From: a virus
DNA: 64,000 nucleotides
Virus record (IMG/VR): IMGVR_UViG_3300035152_000026
Coordinates: 86,002-150,001 of that record
Direction: 5' to 3' (one strand)
How positions within the stretch are numbered: the stretch's first letter is position 1; every line of letters starts with the position of its first letter. A program made the translations under genes and the position numbers. Of the stretch, positions 17,635 through 27,034 are shown one piece after another. The notes below the pieces were generated by a model. It had not been told where the DNA came from and did not search any database. It worked only from the letters and a program-made list of their open reading frames with translations.

Positions 17635-18372
17635 TTAGGCAACAACCTGAATGCGAAATGGACGATTGCTGGTTGGGTCAATGGCTGCGTCGTGCGGCAG
17701 CTCCTTCTCCCAGCGCTTCATGTCCTTGTTCCACCGAAAGCCGGCCTTCTTAGCTAGCTCGCGGTCGTCGTAGGAAACGAGCGCCTGGAAAACAGCTCGC
17801 GGCTTCATGGCCTCGACGATCTGCTCATCAAGGTCCTCGACGTGTGTAAGCAGCTCGCAGGTCAGGAGTACATCTGAGAGCGCGCGGTGAAGCTGGTTGC
17901 TGATCGGGATACCGTGATCAACTGCCAGGTAACGCAGCGCCTTCGATTTCTGCTGATGGGGATAGGTGAGGTCCATCGTGCAGAACCATGGAATGGGCGT
18001 GCGGTCCTGACTGCGTAGCAGTGGAGGATCTTCTGCAAGTGCGTCGATGAACGCCTGGTCGAACTTTCGGTTGTGTGCTGTGCAGACGTCCACCGCACCC
18101 GAATCGCAGAGTTGCAGAATCGGGGCGAGTGGTCCATCCACGTCACAGAACACAGGCCGCCACGCGTACAGGTTGACAGCCGCAGCCAAGATGTCCGAGG
18201 TGATGTTGTTGATCTTCACTATGGGGTTCTCGACCTGGATCGGCATGATGGTCGAGTAGGCCCAAATCATAGCTTTGACTTCGGAGTCAAAGACAGCCGC
18301 AGCCACTTCGAGGAGCGCGTCACGGCCAGCTTTGAGGCCTGTGGTTTCGACATCTAGTACCAGAATACGCAT
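17635..18372 (-). CDS. DnaQ-like 3'-5' exonuclease (DEDD family)
   Basis: The N-terminal ILVLDVETTGL is the Exo I motif. An H..ALSD (Exo III-like) region is also present. Confidence 0.7.
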   Translation of the reverse strand: MRILVLDVETTGLKAGRDALLEVAAAVFDSEVKAMIWAYSTIMPIQVENPIVKINNITSDILAAAVNLYAWRPVFCDVDGPLAPILQLCDSGAVDVCTAHNRKFDQAFIDALAEDPPLLRSQDRTPIPWFCTMDLTYPHQQKSKALRYLAVDHGIPISNQLHRALSDVLLTCELLTHVEDLDEQIVEAMKPRAVFQALVSYDDRELAKKAGFRWNKDMKRWEKELPHDAAIDPTSNRPFRIQVVA

Positions 18373-18819
18373 ACCCTGTTTCTACCAGCTCGGTGTGACA
18401 TCATCTGTGTTGAGCTGTCTGAGCCTGCAAAACGCTTGACAAACTAAACAGTCATCCGCACGATGAAGATCATGCAGCCACGACCACAGCGTTAGTCTCA
18501 CCCACTACGTCGTAGTCCGACGTGACTTACCGCTCGGCGACCTCGCAGCCCAGCTCGCGCACGCTGCTGGAGAGTCGCTGAAACTCCCCCGACCGTACGG
18601 TACCGAGCCGGTCGTCTACGCTGTCATTCTAGCAGCCGAGGACGAAGCCCAGCTCGAATGGGCTGCGTATCGGCTCGACCAAGCTGCCATCCCCCACGTT
18701 GTCATCCGAGAACCTGACCCGCCGTATTGCGGCGCAGCCACGGCCATCGGTGTGTTGCCAGTCGAGAACCGTCGTGGGGTGCGGCGGGCGCTCAGCCGGT
18801 TGGAGCTGTTGCGATGACG

Positions 18820-19302
18820 CTACCAATCCTCTGGAGCCAGCTCGTAGTGGCACACTGCATGTTGAGCATCGAGCACAAGCGCTGTGTCTTCATCCCAGAA
18901 AAGCACGAGCTGGACCCCACGCGCGGTCAACCATTGTTGGAAGGACTGCGAGTCGTATATCGAATTTCCTCGGATCTGGTGTGGCGCGATCTCTTCTTCG
19001 AGTATCTCGAACACTTCGGAGGGGGCACGTCGCTCCCGCCTAAACTGTCGGAAAATACCATCAAGCTCAGGATCGAGTACGTCCGAGCGGTAATCCTGCC
19101 AGAGCGCACGGACAACGGACGCGACCTCCGTCCGATCCGACGTATCAAAAACCATCAACCCTGGGCACAGTGTGATCTCGTAGACGTCTCCGTACCCCTC
19201 TGCGAAGTCAAAGTCGTTCGTCAAGAACAACGAGCCGTAGCGCGCGATGGCTCCCAGCAACGAACCACGCCGCCCGTGGAGCCATTTCTGAGGATACGAC
19301 AT
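18820..19302 (-). CDS. hypothetical protein (start taken at the internal Met; the upstream part of ORF 18820..19599 is low-complexity, likely non-coding)
   Basis: MSYPQKW... begins right after the upstream gene's stop at 19313. Confidence 0.35.
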   Translation of the reverse strand: MSYPQKWLHGRRGSLLGAIARYGSLFLTNDFDFAEGYGDVYEITLCPGLMVFDTSDRTEVASVVRALWQDYRSDVLDPELDGIFRQFRRERRAPSEVFEILEEEIAPHQIRGNSIYDSQSFQQWLTARGVQLVLFWDEDTALVLDAQHAVCHYELAPEDW

Positions 19303-19312
19303 CGCCCCAACG

Positions 19313-19540
19313 CTAGATACGCAGGTCAAAAAGTTTGGGTGCACGGTCGCAGCTGTACGCCTCGACGACGACGTTTGCAGCTTGCCCGCCCTCTTTACGC
19401 TGCAACGACGCAGCGAGTCTCTGTGCGGCCGCTTTGCCCATGGTGCCACGGACGAAACCGCGAGGCTTCGGTTTGGCGCCTGGGCGGTCGCCTGCGTAGT
19501 AGGAGACGACGAACCAACAGCTGGGTTTCCGCTTTGCCAT
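19313..19540 (-). CDS. hypothetical small basic protein
   Basis: 75-aa ORF. Confidence 0.35.
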   Translation of the reverse strand: MAKRKPSCWFVVSYYAGDRPGAKPKPRGFVRGTMGKAAAQRLAASLQRKEGGQAANVVVEAYSCDRAPKLFDLRI

Positions 19541-19586
19541 GTACTCAATCTACCAAAAGAAGCCAATGACTGAAAGGACGTAAGCA

Positions 19587-20060
19587 ATGATGCAAGCAAC
19601 AGCAGAGATTACCGAAGATGTATGGGCCCAACGACGTGCAGTGCGAGACCGCCTGAAAGCTGCGGTCAAACAGGCCAGCGGACGCAAAGCAACAGTCCTC
19701 TGCATGATGATTTCGCACATGCGGGGAAAGCTCCACTGCCAGAGCTATCAGAAGTACCACGGCGGCTGGCGATCCGTAGCGCAGCAACATGTCGAGGCCA
19801 TGCGCGCACGCAACCGGTTCGAGGAGCGGCTCGGGCCCGGCCAGGAACGCAAGTGGACCGAGTATCTCTTCGCCAGCTCGGTCATCGACACGCTCGACGA
19901 CCAAGCAGCATTTCTCCGCAAGTTCCTCGACGAGGAAGCCGTACAACGACGACGCTACGAGGAGGTCACGCAGAACGGGCGCCGCAAGCCGTACGTGTGG
20001 GAAACTCCTATGTTCGACGAGGAGTTGTGCAACATCTGCAAGGAGGTTTCGGCGACCTGA
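19587..20060 (+). CDS. hypothetical protein
   Basis: 157-aa ORF with GAAAGGA upstream. Confidence 0.4.
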   Translation: MMQATAEITEDVWAQRRAVRDRLKAAVKQASGRKATVLCMMISHMRGKLHCQSYQKYHGGWRSVAQQHVEAMRARNRFEERLGPGQERKWTEYLFASSVIDTLDDQAAFLRKFLDEEAVQRRRYEEVTQNGRRKPYVWETPMFDEELCNICKEVSAT

Positions 20061-20095
20061 CAGAATACGTCAGGCCTGGCCAGTATAGTCAGGCC

Positions 20096-21154
20096 ATGCT
20101 CACATCACCCTGTGACCTAGATCGGCCACCATTCGATGACCTGCACAGCTTCCGGTATTGGCGTAGGCAGGGCTATGTGCCTACCGCGCGGCTCGATGGC
20201 CGGAAAGAGTGGGGAGAGGTCTGTCATCTCCGCTGCCAATCGGATTCAAGTGTCGTAGCGTGTCCTAACAACATTGCCGGTGTACTTGCGTTAGAACGCC
20301 TCCACCAGGCTGTGGTCACGCGAACGTTCTTCGATCCGAAGACAGCACATGACACGGGTACGATCTACGTGACATTGATCCCACGTCCTGTCGTAGACTG
20401 GTTCTCGACATGCACGACGTCGGACGTCCACGAACAGATTGTGCTCTATCTCGGATTGCACATTGCACTCGGAGGCGACCAAGCGCTAATCCTACGTGAC
20501 ACTGCTCGTAAGTATCACGACAAGATTGTCAAACGCGTTGATACGTTACTCCGTGATCACCCCGATCTCCGCAACGATGAGCACGTCGTTGACTTGTCAC
20601 GTTACACGTCGAGTTTGCCTCCTTGGTTTCGACCCGAGCAAGTAACGTACGATAACCGTCGCCTGTGGACACTGCCGCCGCTGTGTCATATACCCTGGCC
20701 GAGGCGCACCAACCGGTGGGACACTTTTGGGATCATCAACTACCGGCTGACGGAAGTTGACGAAAAAAGGATCGACGACCACGAAAGCGATCCGCTTGAT
20801 CGCGCTGAGTCCTGCCCAGACGCGTTCGAGCACTTGCTCTATGCGCGTCACGCGAAAGACGCTTGGGCGACGATGTTTCAATCCGAGGATGACAACACAG
20901 GTGCTATCTATCTCATCCAGGATGGGCGTGGGCGTGTCAAAATCGGATGGACGGATAGTACACCTGCGAAGCGGCTAGCCGCACTACAGACCGGCAACGC
21001 TGATACGCTGCGGCTGCTAGGCACTATCCCCGGAACGCGAGAACAAGAGAAATATCTACACGCGAGATACGCCGACCAGAAAGCCCGTGACGAACGAACC
21101 GAATGGTTTTGTCTCACGCCAGCTGACGTGTTGGAGATTCTACGTGTGTCATAG
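20096..21154 (+). CDS. T5orf172 / GIY-YIG-like domain protein (C-terminal domain)
   Basis: The C-terminus (GAIYLIQDGRGRVKIGWT...RLAALQTGN...EQEKYLHARYA...EWF) matches the T5orf172/MUG113 family. The start is set at the first plausible Met; the 5' 474 nt of ORF 19622..21154 is the alternate frame of the upstream gene. Confidence 0.5.
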   Translation: MLTSPCDLDRPPFDDLHSFRYWRRQGYVPTARLDGRKEWGEVCHLRCQSDSSVVACPNNIAGVLALERLHQAVVTRTFFDPKTAHDTGTIYVTLIPRPVVDWFSTCTTSDVHEQIVLYLGLHIALGGDQALILRDTARKYHDKIVKRVDTLLRDHPDLRNDEHVVDLSRYTSSLPPWFRPEQVTYDNRRLWTLPPLCHIPWPRRTNRWDTFGIINYRLTEVDEKRIDDHESDPLDRAESCPDAFEHLLYARHAKDAWATMFQSEDDNTGAIYLIQDGRGRVKIGWTDSTPAKRLAALQTGNADTLRLLGTIPGTREQEKYLHARYADQKARDERTEWFCLTPADVLEILRVS

Positions 21155-21178
21155 CCGTGTGGTAGCGTCGCAGACCAC

Positions 21179-21251
21179 ACACCCGTAGCTCGAAGGCCGA
21201 GCGTGCAGTCTGTGGAGCTGCAAGGTGGGGGTTCGATTCCCTCCGGGTGTA
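21179..21251 (+). tRNA. isolated tRNA-like gene with an ambiguous anticodon arm (9-nt loop, or 6-bp stem with GTG)
   Basis: Acceptor ACACCCG/CGGGTGT, D-arm GCTC/GAGC, T-arm GGGGG-TTCGATT-CCCTC (identical to the T-arm of tRNA-Thr at 54409). The anticodon region is TGCAG-TCTGTGGAG-CTGCA. Confidence 0.45.
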
Positions 21252-21262
21252 CCGGAGGATCG

Positions 21263-21478
21263 ATGACGCCGAAAGAAGCAGTGAACCATCCAGCACACTA
21301 CGCGTTCAGTCGCATCGAAGTCATCGACGCGATCGAGGCCTGGCAGCTAGGTTTTCACGAAGGCAACGTAGTGAAGTACGTTGCGCGCGCACGCCACAAA
21401 GGAAACGAGCTAGAAGACCTTCAGAAGGCGCAGTGGTATCTGTCGCGACGAATCAACCAACTCACAGAGGGAAGCTAG
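21263..21478 (+). CDS. DUF3310-family phage protein
   Basis: NHPAHY...IEVIDAIEAW...GNVVKYVARARHKG...EDLQKAQWYL matches the DUF3310 signature. GGAGGA lies upstream of ATG 21263. Confidence 0.5.
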   Translation: MTPKEAVNHPAHYAFSRIEVIDAIEAWQLGFHEGNVVKYVARARHKGNELEDLQKAQWYLSRRINQLTEGS

Positions 21479-22165
21479 ATGAACATTGAACGGATTCACG
21501 TGTATGGTTTCGAGGCGGCCCTTCGCGGCATGCGCAATCCGATGAACAGCTGGGACAAGTCCGACACGCAGTTCAATCAGTATTGGGAGGAGAGAGAACA
21601 AGAAATGTTTGCTCACCTCACTTGCCCGGAGCGCCCGCTGATTGGGCCGAAGGACATGCAGCGCGCCTGCAAGCTCATCAAAGCAGGTACCGACCACCGC
21701 AAGTTTCTGCGTCAGATCATGGTCTGGTGGGACATCACAATTCCGCGTTGTGTCTGGCAAGAGCTGGACACTTACAAAGTGGCGACAGTGCGGAACAGTT
21801 GCTCGACCATGCACAAGCTTGGCAGCCGCGATCTGGAACCCAGTGACTTCCAGGACAGCGACGTGAATGCTGACGTATTGGGGGAACAAAACGCGATGGG
21901 CGCAGCTTACCGCGAACACCGCGCGTATCACGCCGCCAACGGCCAAGACTACGAAGGCGTCGCGTTGCTCGCTCACATGAAGCGCCGGCTTCCCGAAGGT
22001 TTCTTGCAGATGGCCACCTACTCGTTCTCATACGAGACCGGCCTTGCGATGTACCGGTCGCGGCACAACCACCGAATGCCCGAGTGGAGTGGCCCCGGCG
22101 GAATCTGCGAAACGCTGCTACGCCTGCCGTACTTCAAGGAGTTCGTTGAGGCAGCCATGATGTGA
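21479..22165 (+). CDS. hypothetical protein (228 aa)
   Basis: Clean ORF. A distant ThyX-like resemblance was considered and rejected. Confidence 0.45.
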   Translation: MNIERIHVYGFEAALRGMRNPMNSWDKSDTQFNQYWEEREQEMFAHLTCPERPLIGPKDMQRACKLIKAGTDHRKFLRQIMVWWDITIPRCVWQELDTYKVATVRNSCSTMHKLGSRDLEPSDFQDSDVNADVLGEQNAMGAAYREHRAYHAANGQDYEGVALLAHMKRRLPEGFLQMATYSFSYETGLAMYRSRHNHRMPEWSGPGGICETLLRLPYFKEFVEAAMM

Positions 22166-22177
22166 TACGCTGGCACT

Positions 22178-22588
22178 ATGCCCGCGTCCACTACTGCCCT
22201 TGAAGCTCTCCAACGGTTCCGCGCATTCGTAGAGGCACTACCACCGAGTGCAAACGTGTTCGTCTACGAACTCAATGTGGCACCCCATGAATTCTGGATC
22301 GAGAACGGCCGCGGTTGGGTTTCGTCGATATTCATCGATCAGCTCAACAAGGAATTCCGCGTCAGCATCCCCGAATTTCCGACGACGGTTGTTGGAGCAC
22401 GGACGTCGCTCGGGCCCGCGGCAGAGCTGCAAGCAGTGCTCGCCCGCGTAGGTCAAAAGAAGCGCTACAGCCGAAAGACTGCAATCGGCGTAGCGACAGC
22501 GGTCGGGGTAGCTGCCGCGCTCGGATCCTTTGCCGTCGGTTGGACACGCAGGCCAGGCCCGTCAAGAATCCTCTATCCAGGGCCGTAA
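22178..22588 (+). CDS. hypothetical protein
   Basis: 136-aa ORF. Confidence 0.35.
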   Translation: MPASTTALEALQRFRAFVEALPPSANVFVYELNVAPHEFWIENGRGWVSSIFIDQLNKEFRVSIPEFPTTVVGARTSLGPAAELQAVLARVGQKKRYSRKTAIGVATAVGVAAALGSFAVGWTRRPGPSRILYPGP

Positions 22589-22618
22589 CCTGCCAAAACT
22601 GCTACGATATATTTTCAA

Positions 22619-22700
22619 GACGAATCGCGTCCGCGATTAGAATATCCGGTCGTGTACCTCGTCTCACTATAAGACGGCCCCGAGGGGCGAAGGAGACGAG
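22619..22700 (+). promoter_or_regulatory. conserved ~80-bp leader (palindrome copy 5 ATCGCGTCCGCGAT at 22623-22636, CCCCGAGGGG element, AAGGAG Shine-Dalgarno) upstream of the UvrD-like helicase gene. Paralogous to 58820-58902.
   Basis: Long alignment with the region upstream of the SNF2 gene at 58903: AATCGCGTCYGCGA...GAATAT...CCCCGAGGGG.GAAGGAGA..AGATG. Confidence 0.5.
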
Positions 22701-24161
22701 ATGGGAACCTGGAACTGGAGCGAACAACAGGAAGAAATCTTCAGCTGGTTCGAGCACGGGCACGGCAACCTGGTGGTGGTCGCCCGCGCGGGCACCGGCA
22801 AGACCACGACCGTGCTCGAAGGCGCCAACCGCGCCCCCGAGCGCAGCATCCTGTTCGCGGCCTTCAACAAGAAGATCGCGACCGAGCTTCAGACCAAGAT
22901 CACGAACCGCAATGCAGAGGCCAAGACGCTGCACGCGCTCGGCTTCGCATTCCTCCGCCAGTACGACCGTCGCCTCCGCGTGGACGGGCAGCGCGGCTAC
23001 AAGATCGCGCGCGACGTCTGCGGCCAGGACGTCCCCGAGGACATCGTGTCGCTCGTCGCCAAGCTCGCCTCGCGTGGCAAGGGCATGGCGCCGTTCGCCG
23101 AGAAGATGGGCGACCTGACCGACATCGCGTACGACCATGACTGCGTACCCGATGAGGAGTGGGAGCGCGACGGCTACGACCTCGCCTATGTCGAGCGCCA
23201 CGCCCTCAAGGCGATGGACAAGGCTTGTGACCGCGACGGCAGCATCGACTTCGACGACATGGTGTTCATCCCCGTGCGTCGGCAGCTCACCCGCGCCTGG
23301 TACAACCTCGTGATCATCGACGAGTGCCAGGATATGAACGCCGCCCAGATCACGCTCGCGATGAAGGCCTGCAAGCGCGGCGGCCGCATCGCTGTCATCG
23401 GCGACAACCGTCAGGCCATCTACGGCTTCCGCGGCGCCGACTCCGAGAGCATCAGCCGGCTCAAGGCTGAGCTGAACGCGGCCGAGCTGAAGCTCACCAC
23501 GACCTATCGCTGTGGCAAGGTCATCGTGGCCGAGGCCGCTCAGCTCGTTCCCGACTACGAGGCCGCGCCGACCGCGCCCGAGGGCGAGATCACCACGCTC
23601 CCCAAGACCAAGCTTGCTGAGACGGCCGTCGAGGGTGACTTCATCCTGAGCCGCACCAACGCGCCGCTCGTGAGCGTCTGCCTCAAGTGCCTGCGCCTCG
23701 GCAAGCGTGCCCGCATCGAGGGCCGTGACATCGGCGCCGGGCTGCTCGCCCTGGTCAAGAAGCTCGCAACGGGCCCTGCCCGCAAGTCCATCGCGAGCCT
23801 TCTGGAGAAGCTCACGGCCTGGGAGGAGCGCGAGGTCGCCCGTGCTCGCAAGAGCAGCGACAAGAACGCCGAGACGCGTGTCGAGACTATCGAGGACAAG
23901 GCTGAAACCCTTCGTCTGCTGGCCGAAGGTCTCGCCAACGTCGAGGAGCTGAAGACCCGTCTCGACGAGCTGTTTGAGGACTCGAACGGCCACCGGCCGA
24001 AGATCGTGTGCAGTACGGTTCACAAGGCCAAGGGCCTCGAAGCTGACCGCGCATTCCTGTTGTCGAGCACCTTCCGTCCTGTTGGTACTGCCCTCGAAGA
24101 GGACAACATCCGCTACGTTGCGGTGACTCGCGCAAAGAGCGTCCTGACCTGGGTCGAGTAA
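22701..24161 (+). CDS. SF1 DNA helicase, UvrD/Rep/PcrA family
   Basis: Walker A (ARAGTGKTTT), Walker B/DExx (VIIDECQDM), TYRCG (motif IV), STVHKAKGLEADRAF (motif V) and VAVTRAKSVL (motif VI). Confidence 0.8.
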   Translation: MGTWNWSEQQEEIFSWFEHGHGNLVVVARAGTGKTTTVLEGANRAPERSILFAAFNKKIATELQTKITNRNAEAKTLHALGFAFLRQYDRRLRVDGQRGYKIARDVCGQDVPEDIVSLVAKLASRGKGMAPFAEKMGDLTDIAYDHDCVPDEEWERDGYDLAYVERHALKAMDKACDRDGSIDFDDMVFIPVRRQLTRAWYNLVIIDECQDMNAAQITLAMKACKRGGRIAVIGDNRQAIYGFRGADSESISRLKAELNAAELKLTTTYRCGKVIVAEAAQLVPDYEAAPTAPEGEITTLPKTKLAETAVEGDFILSRTNAPLVSVCLKCLRLGKRARIEGRDIGAGLLALVKKLATGPARKSIASLLEKLTAWEEREVARARKSSDKNAETRVETIEDKAETLRLLAEGLANVEELKTRLDELFEDSNGHRPKIVCSTVHKAKGLEADRAFLLSSTFRPVGTALEEDNIRYVAVTRAKSVLTWVE

Positions 24162-24213
24162 GGCGCCAATTCCGTTTGGGCCTCGGGGGCTGGTGCGATT
24201 CCAGCCATCCCGA

Positions 24214-24561
24214 CTAGCGAGTGGTGACACGCACACCAGAGCCGCGTGGATAGCGCGCGACAATCCGCTGAGCGAAAGCCTGCGGCGTTCTACGAGGGAG
24301 ATCCACGTAGTCATAGGTGACCTGGTCGGCGTCGAACGCGTCTAGTACAGCCTCTAGGTGACGCACCGGAACGTAGGCATACGCATCGCCGTAGGTCATT
24401 CCCTCGTCGTCGTGGTAGCTCCACTGGACGCTGCCTTGATACTGGCTCGCGATTGTGTCAGCCCGTTGCCACATCATCTGCGTAGCTGCTGCCGCGCACC
24501 CCTCTGCGTAGGTCGCTCCGTGGCGGATGTTCACGCATAGCAGCTCGATACGTGCGTTCAT
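24214..24561 (-). CDS. hypothetical protein
   Basis: 115-aa ORF. Confidence 0.35.
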   Translation of the reverse strand: MNARIELLCVNIRHGATYAEGCAAAATQMMWQRADTIASQYQGSVQWSYHDDEGMTYGDAYAYVPVRHLEAVLDAFDADQVTYDYVDLPRRTPQAFAQRIVARYPRGSGVRVTTR

Positions 24562-24703
24562 CGCACTACGGTATCACGGTGTCACATCCGGGTGCTACGG
24601 TCCGCGCATGGGCGGTGTGTGGGATGTACGGGATGTGCAGGATGTGATAGGGGTGCAAGCGCAAGCTCGTGCAGATGTCGGTTGGCGACCGCGCTGCAAT
24701 TCT

Positions 24704-25057
24704 CTACGCGGGCTCGTAACAGCGTATCTCACGTCTACGGCCCGGCACGCTACCTATCGAAGACGATAGTCGTCCCTCGCGGCGCAGCTTTTCCAACACG
24801 ATACGTACCATCGTTCGCTGTCGGCGTTTCGACGCGAACTCGAAGTCGGCTGGCATTGATTGCTGGCGCAACATGTCGGTGACCTCACCAACACTCCAAC
24901 ACGGCTCGTGGCTGCTGTAGCGCACACCGCGTTTTTCCATTTCAGCGCGCATCGAATTGTAGGTGCGGTACGAGTGCGCGATCATGTCCAACGCCAAGTC
25001 AGCGATCTTGGCCTTTGTTATCGGATGCGCTGGACGCGGCTTGCTTCGATAGGTCAT
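24704..25057 (-). CDS. hypothetical protein
   Basis: 117-aa ORF. Confidence 0.35.
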   Translation of the reverse strand: MTYRSKPRPAHPITKAKIADLALDMIAHSYRTYNSMRAEMEKRGVRYSSHEPCWSVGEVTDMLRQQSMPADFEFASKRRQRTMVRIVLEKLRREGRLSSSIGSVPGRRREIRCYEPA

Positions 25058-25070
25058 CTCATGCCTTCCG

Positions 25071-25355
25071 TCAGTAGCGGTAGAGCCGATAGGCCGGGCG
25101 ATCCCGTTTTTTGCGCTTGCCTAGATGCGGCGGCATCAGGTGCTCACCGTCACCGCAGTTCTTCGCGTAGGCGCGGTCTGCGTTGATCATGTAGCGAAAC
25201 AACGTGTCGCCGATGTAGCTCTCGCGTAGCATCCGCTGATACCTGAAAGCGTCCTCGAAGGCGTTCTTCGCCCAACGACACGCACCTTTGTGGGCTTGCT
25301 GCGCAGCCGTTCTATACCGCTCGGCGGCGTACTTCTGTATCTCAGCTGGTGTCAT
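25071..25355 (-). CDS. hypothetical protein
   Basis: 94-aa ORF. Confidence 0.3.
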   Translation of the reverse strand: MTPAEIQKYAAERYRTAAQQAHKGACRWAKNAFEDAFRYQRMLRESYIGDTLFRYMINADRAYAKNCGDGEHLMPPHLGKRKKRDRPAYRLYRY

Positions 25356-25374
25356 CGATTGTGCCCCAAATCAA

Positions 25375-25878
25375 TTACGCCCAGGGATCGTACCTGAACA
25401 GCTTCGCGATGCGGTCACGTTGTTTCGTGATCTGATCGCTGACCAACTCCACCTCGCGTTGGGTCATACCGTCCATCTCCTCGTAATAAGCCCAATCGCT
25501 ATCGCTTTCTAGGCTGTGGATTTGGCACAGGATCATCTCTTGGGCTTTTCGCTTGGGTGTTAGTCGGTCAGCGAAGAGTCCCTTGATTCGACCCAAATCG
25601 GAGCATCCTGGAAGCGCCTGTCCACGGGTAGCGGCGAGCCCGTGCTGACGTCGTCGCTGACAGAGCCCAAAACCCACCGCTGCACCCAGGATTCCTACGG
25701 CCCCAAGGGCAAGTGCCAATCGGAGGCTCAGAGGGCTCGGAGAGGGCTCAGAATCGCCTCTGAGGGGCGTTGGCTGAGCAGCGCCCACAGACGACGCCCA
25801 GTCAACGAACGCGTAGGCGCCCGGATTTGGCCCCAGCAGGGCCAGATTGGGGCCTTCCAGAGTGAAGACGCTGGGCAT
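25375..25878 (-). CDS. hypothetical membrane protein
   Basis: LALALGAVGILGAAVGFGLC hydrophobic helix. Confidence 0.35.
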   Translation of the reverse strand: MPSVFTLEGPNLALLGPNPGAYAFVDWASSVGAAQPTPLRGDSEPSPSPLSLRLALALGAVGILGAAVGFGLCQRRRQHGLAATRGQALPGCSDLGRIKGLFADRLTPKRKAQEMILCQIHSLESDSDWAYYEEMDGMTQREVELVSDQITKQRDRIAKLFRYDPWA

Positions 25879-26191
25879 TTACCTTCTCCTGTGCTTCTTG
25901 GCCGGGGTTTCGAGCCAGTAGCCGTAGGGATACTGCTCGGGTCTGTCCATCACCCCCACCCCTCATCAACTATGGACTCCTTCGCATCTCTCAGTGTGGG
26001 ATGCATTGTCGCAATGCCCCAACCCAAGATGGGCCCGTACCATTGCCTACGTTTCCACTCACGCCCAACCCGTTCGACTTGCCAATAGGTGTTTCCATAC
26101 GTGATCTCGTAGAAACCATCGCGCCGTTTTGTGTTGAGTCTCATTGCCCAGCTGGGGGCACACTTCTCGCCCTGACGCATCCTCTGCCAAT

Positions 26192-26509
26192 TCAAACCAC
26201 GCGCGAGGCGAGGTAGCCGGCGCCCGCACCGATAACGGCAGCAAGCGCAGCGTAGAGCGCCAAGCGTTTCGCGCTGTAGCCTTGCTCTGCTTGCCCGAAA
26301 ACGGGGGGCACAACCGTGATGGTCTCGCCGCTTTGCGGATCCATGTAGCGCGGCAACTCAGGCCCGACGAGGGTCGTCGTGTTGGGAATCTGGTTGTAGT
26401 AGAACGTCGAGTAGCCGCCAGGAAGGCCCGTGTAGTGAACGACGCCTCGCTGTGCTGGATTCCAGGGCTCGTACTCGAACGTCTCTTTCCAGTGGGTCTG
26501 TGTAAGCAT
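26192..26509 (-). CDS. hypothetical membrane protein (C-terminal TM helix)
   Basis: LALYAALAAVIGAGAGYLA hydrophobic helix. Confidence 0.35.
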   Translation of the reverse strand: MLTQTHWKETFEYEPWNPAQRGVVHYTGLPGGYSTFYYNQIPNTTTLVGPELPRYMDPQSGETITVVPPVFGQAEQGYSAKRLALYAALAAVIGAGAGYLASRVV

Positions 26510-26525
26510 CGCGGGCTCTTTCTCC

Positions 26526-26942
26526 TCAGTAGGCCCAACGGCGCATCAATTCGCCGAGGGTCAGCTGAAGCGGATACTGATCGAATTCGTGCCAGCCGTA
26601 ATGACTGGCGGCGTCCCAAATCGCGAATGCGCGGTCACGCACTGACTTCAAGCGCGAAGGTCGATACACGTCCACGTCCTGACCTGTGGAGTCAGCAACG
26701 TCTTCCCAATCAATCCAGTCGTACCAGTTGAGAAACTCGCGGGCGTTGCTATGCAGATCGACACGGTAGACGGTGGCCAGAAGGTGAGGTACGTCCTCGG
26801 GGTCCTCTTCTACGTTTGGCAGCTCCGACTCCATCCCGTAGTAGTACTCGACCCACGGACCGTCAATATCCGGCGCGCTGAAGATGTACCCGCCACCGTA
26901 CTCGATGGGGTTGACGTCGCCAATCGAACCGATCTTGCGCAT
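26526..26942 (-). CDS. hypothetical acidic protein
   Basis: 138-aa ORF. Confidence 0.4.
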   Translation of the reverse strand: MRKIGSIGDVNPIEYGGGYIFSAPDIDGPWVEYYYGMESELPNVEEDPEDVPHLLATVYRVDLHSNAREFLNWYDWIDWEDVADSTGQDVDVYRPSRLKSVRDRAFAIWDAASHYGWHEFDQYPLQLTLGELMRRWAY

Positions 26943-27034
26943 ACACCAATACTATACTGATTGAGCCCTAAACGAAAGACGGCGCGCGAGCCTAGGGCCC
27001 GTACGCCGCCTTCCGTCGTTGGACGCTTGACCTA

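Noticed and set aside
19622-20095. N-terminal 158 codons of ORF 19622..21154
   Set aside because: The Arg/Pro/Ser-rich translation overlaps the well-formed ORF 19587..20060 in another frame. The conserved T5orf172 domain lies only at the C-terminus, so the start was moved to Met 20096.
21479-22165. Possible flavin-dependent thymidylate synthase (ThyX) assignment
   Set aside because: There is only a loose resemblance (P..WQEL...NS.S segment). The diagnostic RHR....S...S.R motif is absent, so it is kept as hypothetical.
22315-24314. Alternate-frame ORFs 22315..23118 (+) and 22602..24314 (-) overlapping the UvrD-like helicase gene
   Set aside because: The helicase frame carries all SF1 motifs. 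The alternatives are Arg/Ser/Ala-rich low-complexity frames.
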